This document shows positions 35,401 to 46,860 of a DNA stretch of 64,000 nt, one piece after another. Where the stretch lies: assembly GCF_032191835.1 (NCBI RefSeq), contig NC_083235.1:57412001-57476000 (forward strand). The letters are read 5' to 3'. Numbering within the stretch: position 1 is the first letter of the stretch; every line of letters begins with the position of its first letter. The translations under genes were made by a program, and so were the position numbers. Source of the DNA: Heteronotia binoei. Lineage: Eukaryota. The notes beneath the pieces are model-generated. The model was not told the origin of the DNA and made no database searches. It saw only the letters and a list, made by a program, of their open reading frames with translations.

Positions 35401-37725
35401 ACATCAGAACGAGATTATCATTTTTCTCGCTTGTTACCTAATCATATTGTCTCCTTCTTGGTCTTCAAAGTTTTAGAAAAGATCTTAGCCTTGCAGAGAA
35501 AAGGGCAGCTTTTTGTTTCTAAAAAAACTAATTGTGTCTGAAGACATACATCTTGTTCCAGTTTAAACTTCAAGAGTATGTTTGGGATTATTTTTCCTCC
35601 CCCTAAAATTAAACTTTTATTGACCCATTTAATCTGCAGAAACAACCCAGCAGAGATTCAGGGCAGACTCCCTGCCTTCTGCAATAAATTTAGAACTGGA
35701 GGGGCCATCGAAGTGTGTTGTAGCCACTCATGGTTTTACCCACTGGTTTCAGTAAATCATGGTTGAAGTTTAGCCCTCAAAGCCTGGTCCTTATATCTTC
35801 TGGTTTAATCCCATAGATGTCCCTGTGGGTGTTTTGGCAGTTAAGAACTGCCCCCCCCCCCACCCAAATGCAAGGAAAACAAAAGAGAAGTCTTGTGGCA
35901 TCTCAGAGATGAATGTATTTATTACGGTGTAAAGCTTTTGTGGATCATCAAGTACATGAAGTGCATCTTCAAGAAGCATATAGATAGACAGGAAAAATTA
36001 TAAACTGGATTCAAAAAGCAACAGAATATAAGAGGTACAGTCTATAGGACATTTCTTTTATGCAAGGATCTTTTACATACAAGGTAATCAAAGTGACAAT
36101 TCACTATCGCAATAATGGGTGATAACACAATAATCACTCTGGGATTTTAAAAAATTTGGTTGCAAATGCTGGGAAATGGCAGGTTTTAAGTTATTCAGAA
36201 CTTTTTGCCGGGCATTTATTTTACTTTTACCTCTAGGGAATTTATCCTACTTTTGCCTCTAGGTTTGGCAGGTTTTTAATATTGTTTCAAAACCCTGCCA
36301 CACTGGTTTGACCAAGTGTGTGCATATAATGTGGGACATAAAGGACATTTCTTTTAAATGATGGTCTATTCCTAGCCTAAATCGGCCTGAGTTGAAGTAC
36401 TAGAGGACCGCTGAGCAAGAGGCTTTTGCAGCAGATTATAACCATACAAACTGTAGATTAACGTAATGGGTTTAAACAACATCCAAATACATTGTATTGT
36501 GTATTCCTAGTTGAGGGTATTCTCTCCCCTCACCTCTTTCACAAAGTTTGAAACCATATTTTCATACTGCTATCCCAAATACGTGTTATCTGGAAATAGT
36601 TCCTGTTGAGTTCTATAGAACTTGCTAAGGGCCCCCCATTCAAGGAATTCAAAGTGCTCTCCTTTCAAATATGCTAGTTTATAACTACAGTGGAACTATT
36701 TTGGGATTGGATCTGCAAATGAGTCCAGAGCTTTATCATACAGTATTTGCTTTACTTGGCCTCATAATAACCCTGCAAGGTAGGCCATGACAGTCTCCAT
36801 TTTAAAGATCTGAAACTGAAACAGGATCTTGACCCAGGGGCATCCACTGTGTCTGCAAAGGATTCTGGAACTGGTCCAAGGTCTCCCTGGTCAGGCCAGG
36901 CCAGTGTACCATTCAGTGCGTGCCAGAGTGGCCTGTTCATAGCTGCCTCCTCAAAACACGTATCTCAGAGTAGCTCCCAGAGAAGCATTGTTATTTCAAG
37001 AGGACTATATATTTTAATTATTTATTTCTATAGTATGTATCCATCCTATGACTTTAATAAGTACACAAGGTGGCTTATGAAGAAAGGTAATGTCAATAAA
37101 AAGGAAGAAAGACCAAAAACAGCTGAAACTGGTGTGGGGTAGGGATTAACAATGATTTCTGGTTTGAAATCCAGTAGTGCTGCATTCTGGGAAATCTAAT
37201 GTTGCAGGGCAGCTCCAACATGAGTCCATTAAAAACAAAGTGATTTGCAAAGTGAAGTGAAGCCTATGGTCTATCAGTTTCTCTGTCAGTTTTTTGTTAC
37301 TGCAAGATAATTGTACAGAATATTAAGAAACCTAAACAAAATTTGCTACATATACGCAAGGCACAATTCTATCATCCAAGCTCAAACGACAGCCCTTGTT
37401 TCTAAAGGAGAGTGTGTGGATATGAGATGCAGTATTTCCTTTGAACATTGAGTGGCTAGAATGAAATATGGCATACAAGTTCAGGACAACATTCTGCATT
37501 GTAAAGATCAGCACAGCTTGACCCCCTCACACAAACTTTTTTTCTATGGGGGGGGTGCTGAGAATGGCTCGTTCCCATCTCATTCTCCATATGAAATGTG
37601 AAAACTTGTTCTGTTTGCAACCCTGTTCAAAGGAGAAACTATGCAAAATACATAGCAATACAATATATGCCTCAGATATTGGGATAACGGAGTGAGGATT
37701 GGGAAGCGCATGCAGGAAACGTGTC

Positions 37726-37919
37726 CAATGTCCCCTCTAAGCTGCAGAGTCCTGTGAGCAAAAATTCTACTTTGTGAGCTACTGGTATTAAAATTGTGAG
37801 CTACTGCATACATTATTGTGCTCTGCAGTTATCCTTCCCGAGCTAAGACAAAAATGTGTGAGTCGGAGGCTAAAAATCTGTGAGCTAGCTCACCCCAACT
37901 CAGCTTAGAGGGAACACTG
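37726..37919. mobile_element. hAT-like MITE (CAGTGTTCCCTCTAAGCTG TIR)
   Basis: 19-bp TIRs with 2 mismatches and a decayed 8-bp TSD AACGTGTC/AACATTTC. Confidence 0.78.
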
Positions 37920-38049
37920 AACATTTCTAAATTTCATCTTCAAACATGAGCTCAGTTCCCACATGGTTTTCAAGAGAGGCAGGAGCCAGTGAGGCTGACT
38001 GTGCTTTATGATTTTACTAAAGTATCTTTTTTTTCCCTTTAAACAATAC

Positions 38050-38900
38050 CCAGTGAATCGACAGCCGTCTCCTCTGCATCTTCCTCCAGCTAGCAAGAAA
38101 GGCCAGGGGGGAAAATGAAAGTTTCCGAAGTCTGCACACCTAAAGACCGCCTGAAACCGCCCAGTCTTCCTGAACCTGGCCAGCACAGCTCCACACACCG
38201 AGACACAGGAGGAAGGGCTGGGAATCCGGGGGCTTCCCCGCAGGAGCAGCTGATGTGTTTGTGAGGTTTCCTTGGTGCCTGTTTAGGGCCGGCCAACTGG
38301 GCTCAGGATCCCTGCCTGCGGGGACGATGATTTGGGGAGGGCAAGAAGAACGACAGGAGAAGCTGCCAGAAGCTCCCGGCCGAGGGGACCGCTTGCCTTC
38401 TCGGGCAAGAGCGGACAAGTCGACAGGCCTTTCCTCAGCCCAGGGGAGGAGGGCTGTTGCAGGCTTGAGCGGGAGATGCTGCCTGCCTGCCTTGCGGGGA
38501 CGGGGAGCGAGGGAGGCGGGCGGTCAGCTGCGGCTTGGCTTTCTCGCCGCCAGGGGTGTGAAAGGGTGAACGGGCTCGGAGCGCTCTGGCAGCCCACCCG
38601 GCGGCCTGGAACCCGGCGAAAGCCACATTCTTCCCCTGCCTTGGCCGCCAGGCAGCTAAGCGCCGCAGGGCAGGGCAGGGCGGGGCGGGGAGGAAACTGC
38701 CGAGGGATTCCGTCGCGGAGCCAACAAGCTGCATCTGTTGTGCCGCACAACAGCCTGGAAAGGCTCCATCCACGCCCTCGCTTCCCCTCGCATCCCGCGA
38801 CGAACCCGAAGCGGAGCCCTTTCAAAGAACGCGGGATGTGCAAACGGGACATCTCAAATTCCAGCGGCGCTTGCATGCGAAAGAGCATGCATGTGCGTGC
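38050..38900. promoter_or_regulatory. CpG island 1
   Basis: High GC content and dense CpG against a CpG-depleted background, with GGGCGG boxes. Confidence 0.85.
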
Positions 38901-39679
38901 AAATCCACGGAGAGGGAGCCATGAAAAGGGGAGAGAAAAGGGAATCCAGGTGCGGGGGGTAGGTGGGGGGGGGCGGTGTTATTGCCTCTCCTCGGTCCTC
39001 AAAGGAAATAAGTCATCAGCTAATCTGCAACCCCTGGGTGTGGTGGGGTCTCTCTTTGTGTTCTGGAAGCAGATTTCTTTGAGCGAGCTGAAGCCAGAGA
39101 CGAGGAGCCTAATGCGTACTGTCGAGATTTTTAGAAGGATGTGGTTTATATGAGAAGCGATTCAGCTGAGCTCCGTACAATGATGTCCAGCGCATATCTG
39201 TATCGGTAGGTCGGTAGATAATGGGAGTATTAAAATATTTTTAATTCCACCTTCCTGCACAAGTGCCTTGGAGCAGATATCTGTCTATCCATCTAGCGAG
39301 CCCAAACATGTTATATTTGCATAGACACAATAAATAAACTCAAGCACTCAGCGCAGGTTTATGTAATAGTGCGTTAACCTGACTGGGTTCCTCCGTCTGT
39401 GAATCCACCAGCGTGTAGTTCTGTTGCTAAAGACAAATATAGGCTCAGGTCTTGTGTGTGTGTGTGTATATATGTATATATCATAAAGAATGGGTCTATG
39501 AGCTGGTAAAAGGGGCATATTTTCAGGCAGGTAGACAGCACCAGGTGAGGACCTCGGCCCTCAGCCAGCTGTAAGTAGGGGCCATTGCCAAAGGTGGGAC
39601 CGAATTCTAAATGGTTGGGTCGCGGCTTGCTTTTGGATGCCCTACAGAGAAAGTTAAAAGCGCCTCTATCATCATATCC

Positions 39680-41460
39680 CGTCGATTTCTAACTGGAAGC
39701 CCACCGTTCGAATTCAGATCAAAGGGACTCACAGCGCTCGCCTCGGAGGGCAACCCGCCCCCCCCCCCGCGGCCTTGCTAAAAATGGCTTTCTGAAGGGG
39801 AGGGGGGGGCAATCTGTTCCAACGCAGTCCCGCGCGGCTCGACTCCAGTCGCAGCTCCCTGAAATCTGCTGGCTCCGAACGGCCTAACTCTGGCTAGGAT
39901 CTCCCCCTCCCGCCCCCGGGTTTTGTAGGTACCGCGAGATGCCTCCTGCTTGCCGCCACTGGGCCCGAGAAGGGGGAGAAGCAACGCCAGCGCCGCCAAG
40001 TTTGCGGCGTCCAGCGAGTCGCTCTCCTCTGCCCCCTTCCCAAGGACGAGGCAGCCGTCCCACCAGCCTGCTGCTGCCGGGAGCCCAAGGCTACCTGCTG
40101 CTGCTGCTGCCGCCGCCGCTGCTCCGCGTGGTTCCGGCTGCGGCCCTTCCTCGCCGCGCCCGTCAAGACGCCGCCGACCTCGCCGCTGCCGGCTGCCAGA
40201 CACCGGGGCGGGCGGGAGGGGGGGGGGGGGGTTGGCTGCAGTCCAGCCGCTGAGCGCGCAACGCGCACACACCCCCACCCACATACACCCACAGCCCCGC
40301 AGGCCGCTTCAGGCTCCGCGCCGTTCCCCCTCGACGGCCACAGAGGTCAGGCGCGCTCGGATCCCGGCAGCCTCCCCGGCCCGCTTGGTCAGGCGGCGGA
40401 GGCACCCAGCGGGGACTCTCCAGGCCCGCCCAGCCGCCCTCGGGGAAGCCCCAGCCAGCCCGCCGCTCTTCCCGCCCGCCCCCTCCGGGGAGCGCTGAGC
40501 TGCGCTGGCTGGCCCGAGACACCCCCCCCACCCCACCCCACCCCCCGTCGCCGCTGCTTTGTCTGCTGGGCCGGCCCGAGGCCCCGCCCGCCCGGCCCCC
40601 TGGCCTCGTCGAGTGGAGAGAGGAGCCCGCTCAGCTCCAGCCGTGACCCTCCGCGAGGCCGCCAGGCCTTTGTTTGCCCGGGAAGCCCCCCCCCCTCCTC
40701 TCCCCCGGGTCCTTTGTGTGGCTGGCTGCGCAGGAGACGCTTCCACCGGCCCCGTCGAGGAAGCCGCCCACAAGCAGACTCCGGCGGCGCCTTGCGAGCA
40801 GAAGCCGTGCAGCGGCACGAGAGGCCGCGAGTTGGTGTGCAATCCAGCCCCCCCCCCCTTCCCTGAAAGCTCCCCGGGCTTTGGGCTCTTTCGCGGGGGG
40901 GGGGAGAACCATCAACACCCCCCCCCCCCGGGTTTCCCTGCTCGGCGTCCCCGGGAAGGTGGCTCTCTGTCTCCACGAGCGGGAGTTGGGGAGGGATGGC
41001 TCCCGCCTTAACGCTGCTGCTGCTGCTGCTCAAGCGAACGGTGCCCCTTCGAGCCTTCCTTCGGCAGCTCCTGCAAGCCCGCTTTGCTGCTCCTTCGAGG
41101 ACAGGCGGCGCCGGCCAGCGACCTTCGGGCCTCGGCTCCAGCAATCGCGGGGAACGCGCCGGCCGCCCTCCGCTCGCCTGGCCTCCCGAGGCCTCTCGCT
41201 CCGTTTCAGTGGCCCGGCTGGCGGCTGCAGCGCGTCTCGGCCCCCGCTGCAGAGAAGCGCCGCCGCCGGCCGCGGGAATGGAGCATCTCCCCGCCTCCCT
41301 CGGGGCCCCCGGTTGCCTCGGCCCCCCCCCCGTCTTCTTTTCGGACTTCAAACGTTCTCTCTGGTCCTGCCACAACCGTTTGCCTTCGAAAAGCACAAAC
41401 ATCCCATTTGGCTCCGCGTAATAAAATCAGTCGGAGATCCTTAAACGCTGCCATTCCGCT
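39680..41460. promoter_or_regulatory. CpG island 2, likely a promoter or non-coding first exon
   Basis: Very GC-rich and CpG-dense, with G runs and (CTG)/(CCG) repeats. No recognisable protein domain in any frame. Confidence 0.9.
40095..40123. repeat. (CTG)5(CCG)3 trinucleotide tract
   Basis: Visible directly in the sequence. Confidence 0.95.
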
Positions 41461-44400
41461 GAATTAAGTTGTGAAATCTAATCTATTATATCCATAAAGG
41501 AAAATGCTTTCGTTGTAAATTCCGGTTATAAAGAAAATTCTACCTGGAGCAGTCAAGTTTCTCTCCGCGGCCCCCCATGTCCGCCCCCCCTCCCCTCTTC
41601 GGATTTGCTACTTGATGGCTTATCAAATTACTTCAAAACGCCCCCTCTCCCCCCTTTTTCCATATCTCATTGGAACCGAAATTAAATGTGGCAAGACGTT
41701 CCTTTTAACAGCTTGAAAAGGTCATAAACTGGCAGCAACAACACAGGAAAGGGAAAAAAAAAACAACACAAAATTATCCGAGCTTTTTGCAACTGAGGTT
41801 CTGCGATTAATTTGGACCCCCAAAATTATATATTTCTTCCCAACAACGAAGGCATGCGGAACGACAGCAGAGCTGTGCCGAGGCTGGGCTCCAGCCCGCC
41901 GGCCTTCTGGGCAGACGTGGAGCTGAGAATCTGCCGCGATCCCATCCCACGGAAAAAAAAAAGAGGGAAGCGAAAGGGAAGCCGTCTGAAAATGAATCTA
42001 CTCTTCTGGAGGCTGCACTGGCGGAGATTTCAGTAAGAGCATCGTTTTTAAAAAGGCTCCAGCAATTCCTCAAACACAGAGAGGGTAATATGTGCATATA
42101 ACACCGTTTGCTTGGGTTTTTTTTTTCTTTTCCGGCTGGTGGGGGGAGGGGGGACAGAAAATGGACCCATCGCCGATTAAATATCGGAGGGAGTACAAAA
42201 TAATGCTCCGGCGCTGACTTTATCCAGATCAAAAAAAAAAATCCCCTCTTTAAAAAAAAATGTGAGGACAAAACCCAACAAATGCATCGTAGATTAATTG
42301 ATTATATTTTAGCTTTCAAAAGAAATTTAAAAATACAAGACGAAAATACCCCCCCCCCCCCAAGGACTTGGTAGCTCTAGGCCAAGGAATAGGGACAAAA
42401 AGAATTACTATAAAGCATAACCGCCTAAAGTTTCGCTATGACAGGGAGGAGAGGTGGGTGGAAGGAAAGGGGGGTGGGGTGACTCTAGGATGTAGCTTTG
42501 TCAGATCTTGGGAGAAAGATTTATTAATGTGTGGCTAATGTCCCCAGTGTTATATCCTCCTAAAGCCCTGCCCGATTTCCTAGTCTAATCTTTTATTTCC
42601 ATCTAATTATTTTTTCCCTGACACTTCTCATCTCAGCGTCTTTAGAATTGGGGGGGGGGGTGTGTAAAAGGGAGGGGAAGGCATGCAATATGGACTCAAC
42701 AAAATCTCTAGAGTGTTCTCCCAGCACTGGAAAACTGAACGTCCCAATCCCTGAGACCGAAAATTAACAAGGGCTTCTCAAAGTAAACCCAGTACAATAC
42801 ACAAACCCGGAAGGGAAGGGAAGGGTGGGGGGAGAGAGAGATCTTAACTCAAGAGGTACGGATGGGGAGTCGAGGACGGTTAGCTAATACTTCACATAAG
42901 GAAAATAAAAAGTGTGGGGTAGTGGCGAGGGAACCCTTCAACGACGGTTGGGTTTCAGCAATTATTTTTCCTAAAGAATTACAGCGCTACAAACGTTTTT
43001 CAGTTGTAAGTATATAACAATGAAAATGGAGAACGGTCAGAAGAGAAAGCTCTTCTGAAATCTAGCGTTTGCAGGGCAACTTCACCCACCCAGCATTCTT
43101 GTTGCATGATTCCGAATAATGATGATGCAACAACAAACGGGAGAAAACAAGAGTCTATATTTATTTTTAGCTGTACTTAAAAGAAAGCAGTCCATTGATC
43201 GCGGGATTGGGGGCGGGGGGGGGGGGAGAGAAAGAAAGAAAGAAAGACCCAATTTTGTTGGACGCAGAGGAGCAGAAATTTGGAAGTGGAAAAGAAAAAA
43301 ATAAACAAACCTGAAAATGTCCGCTAAAATGAAAACGTTCTTCTCTTACTTATTCGGAGAAGTCCTGTTGATTTCCGTGGGACACCCAGTAAACAGATTT
43401 AGGTCTACAGCTTTTTTTTTTTTTAAGACACCTGGCCGAATTAAATGACCAAAATTAAGTCTATAAATGCACAGATATTTTTAAACTATGGACACAAATT
43501 GGAAGGGTGTGCAGTGCATAAACGAAAACCAACGTAATTGCAGAACTGGGATTTCCTGCAAAAATTAATCTACCGAGGGCCCTCCCCGCCCCACCTTATT
43601 GGAATCGGACTTTTTATGGGTTGTTTAGCTTTAGAGGTCTTGTGTATTTGAAATGGAACTCCCGGATAAGGGCACTGCCATGGCCGGATTTTTAAAGTGC
43701 ATGTTTGGCTAAAATCTTAATTATCACATCCAACGCCTTTCTGTTGCTATTATCAAGTTACAATCGATTTTAGCCTTTTAATTACGAGTCTGTCTCCCCC
43801 CCCCCCTCCACACACGCACACATAGCATCATAAAGTTATATTGAATATTTGCTGATTTCAAATCGGAATTTCCCACGCCTTTAGGAAAGACAGGGCACAA
43901 CGCTAACATTTGCTGGGCTATTTCTATAGTCATTGTTCGGCCAGTCATTACCATTTTTATTCATGAAAACTTGGAAGAAAAATATTAAAAACCGTGGATA
44001 GCTTCTATAAAGCTCTTGTCAGGATATTTTGGGTGGCTGCTGCATCTTATACATTTTAAACCTTTAAAACTGATCGACTTTTTAAAACTTGAAATAAATC
44101 AAGTTGTATCTCTTGTCTCAAATGTATTCTCTATAAATTTAGAAAATCTAGAATTTGTTAAACGTTTCAAATGTAAATTGCGTTTTATTCACTGTAACAG
44201 AACCTGAGTTTTCTTTTTTTTAAAAAAATCCTTGTGTCCAGTTCTTTGTTTTGCACAATACATTTCCTTCATATATTAACAATGTCTTTTATTTTCTAAA
44301 GTTTGCTTTTAAAATTCAACAGAAAAATCTGAAAATTATCAGTTGCATAGAACTGTTTTTAAAGATCAAATGGTATAGGGGGGAAATATAAGACCAAATC

Positions 44401-45329
44401 GAACCAGGTGCCACCTGGGTCCAAGTTCTGCCATTTATTTATACCTCATTGACAAAATATAATTAATAGTAATATTATTTATATTATGATGGAAAATTAA
44501 GTGCCAGTTAGCCTTTCCTAAATCTAGACTGAAGGACTGTTTTTCTTAGCTCAGTGGATTATAATAATATCCTCTTTTAAAATTCTCAAAAATCGAACGT
44601 TTAAGTCTATCTCGAGCCCACATTTTAAAGAATTTTTTAAAAGAGGGTTTTAAAAAAGGATTTTCTTATTTCCATAATTAAGACTAGAACAAAGGATTTA
44701 TTAGAATGCCTTCCTGTGGATTAAGCCATATGTGGACTATTAAAACCCTGCAATTCTGTTTGGAATTATTTCGCACTTGAATATAGTACCGAAATACCGT
44801 CCATTCGTTTTATTTATTTATTTATTTATTTGCTTCATGCTTTGTCTATGTGCATTTAGGCAGAAAATGTGGTGTAATGGCCAGTCTGGCCTTTTTGAGC
44901 GCTCCACCTTTTTTTTCAAAACTGGCAAGCAATCTAGTTTAATGTATTGTTTTGTCTTTCAAGAAGATTTATTTCTAGATTAAATAAAATATGCGGATGA
45001 AAGGGTTGATAGCAAAAATCACAGGACTGGGGGAAAGAAATCAGAGGGAGGGGGGAATAAACCACATACCTCAGATCCAGAAAGCCAGGCCTTTTCCCCA
45101 GAGAACTATGGGGGTGGGGTGGGGGGGGAAGAGCCTGTCCACAGTGTTTTGTTTCTCCTGCCTTTCCCTACCCATAGACACACACACACACATCCCTTCC
45201 CCCAACAAAACATGAAAATTCAATGCTGATCTTTTTTTTTTCCCCTCTGCAAGCCGGGTAGGCTTGCTTCCTCGCTGGGATATTGCCTCTGGCCAAAATA
45301 TTTTACAACCTCAGCTGGGAGGTGGGGTA

Positions 45330-46760
45330 GGCAGCAGCATATAATTATATGCGATCCCTCTCCGTTCCCATCACCCACGTGTTTTTGCAGTCCCCAATCT
45401 TCGTACATCCGGGTCTCTGGCTCGCCGTGCCTACATTCTCCATGGCTTTCCGTTCGCGGCTGGCAGCAGGAAGCTAGAGCGGGCGCCGCAGCTGAGATGT
45501 CTCCTCCGATGCCGCTCCTGCTTCCGTGCATTCCTCGGTGCAGCGACCGCAGAGCTCCTTATCCAAGCTTCGAAGCACAAGCGCGCAACTCCTTGCTCGG
45601 CGACAGCGGGTCCGTTTCCCCTTAGCTACTTGAGGAAGCAGATTCCCGAAAGAAGAATCAGGAAAGAAGATCTCCCCCCCACCCCAGTAGTCGGAAAAGG
45701 GGTGACTCTCCTCCCCAGCCACAAACAGAACCTCCTTGCTCGGCGATCTTCGCAAAATCCTAATGTTCTTTCCTGCCAGCGCTTCCTCCGTCGCCCGGCT
45801 GAGTCCTACAAACACCTCCTCCCTAGTTCATCCACCAGTCGTTCCTTCTGTGCAGAATTCGGCTTCCCTCCTGCTCCGGCCCCCCCTCCCCCCGCCCGTC
45901 TCCTGCAGCCATCCTCAGCAGTTGCAGTGCATTGTAGAGCTCCGGATCCATGCCTGCCTACTTCAGGGCCAAGAGAGAGAATTACACCGAGACGTATGTG
46001 GTATAATAGATCGTAATAAATAATGATCTACAGTGGAGGCTGCCCGAGAGTCTTCGCTGCCCGGCTCTGCTTCAGGTCTCACCCCCAGGGAGAACGAAAC
46101 GAGAGAAGCAGCCACGGAGCTGGGGAGAGGAGCGCCCGGGGCGGGGGAGGAAGGGAGGGAGAGGGAGAGGGAGGGGGAATCAAAAGGAGGGGGCATCTTC
46201 TGGAAAGTCTCTCTGGCACCCGCCCTTCCCCCACTCTTGTCGTTTTAATCAATGGGAACTCCTCTGCCGTGCCTCTTTTAAGGAGGCACGGATCTCTCTC
46301 TCCCCCCCTCCCCTCTTAGTTCGGAATAAAGGCGGTATTTACGACACCAGCTCCTTTCCGCCCTCCCGTCGCCCCAGCTGAAAAAGACCACCTCAGATCC
46401 CATCCCATCTTCCTCTGGCGTTCCAATAAATAAAAGAGAGAGATCTTTTCTTCTCGGTCCAAGGCCCTGTTCTTCCCCAAGAGCGGCGCGTCCCCCTTAA
46501 ATCCCTGCAGCCTTCTTTCTGCCCGCAGAGCCGCTCTCGACCAATCAGAGAAGCGCTTGGCCTCGCTTGAATGACTCTTGTTCTTTGTTTGCGGAGGGCG
46601 GATCTCTCCAATCTGATCAAGGGGAAGGCCCAGCTGTTGGAATCTCCGCAGCCAATCAGCCGGCAGGCTTGCCAGGGCGTGCTGTGCTCCAAATGCTGGC
46701 CTGCCCGCTTGCCTGAGCTGGGGTGTCCGCCTGAGCGGGACTGAGATCTCCCGCTCCCTG
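45330..46760. promoter_or_regulatory. CpG island 3, likely a promoter and 5' UTR
   Basis: CpG-dense with purine/pyrimidine tracts, adjoining a CCAAT cluster. Confidence 0.85.
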
Positions 46761-46860
46761 CTTATTTATACTGGCCTTTCAAACTCAACTCATCCAAGGA
46801 GCTATTAGGCTGTCTGTCTGTCTAGGGCAATAATGTTTGAATAGGCCTTCCAATCTGTGA
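46420..46860. promoter_or_regulatory. CCAAT-box/GC-box core promoter cluster
   Basis: CCAAT at 46423, 46531, 46608, 46652 and 46850. Two sit in full NF-Y context (GACCAATCAG, AGCCAATCAG). GGAGGGCGG at 46593-46601 and AT-rich TATA-like words at 46496-46503 and 46762-46770. Confidence 0.7.

Noticed and set aside
38283-41467. Many long overlapping ORFs (up to 337 aa) in the CpG islands
   Set aside because: They occur in nearly all frames on both strands, are Pro/Arg/Gly/Ala-rich and contain no recognisable domain. This is the expected result of stop-codon scarcity in GC-rich DNA.
45345-45443. MEN start resembling DCC
   Set aside because: Only 3 residues match and no signal peptide follows.
45950-46006. 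MPAYF start resembling the N terminus of EIF3A
   Set aside because: The similarity ends after 5 residues and the frame stops after 18 codons.
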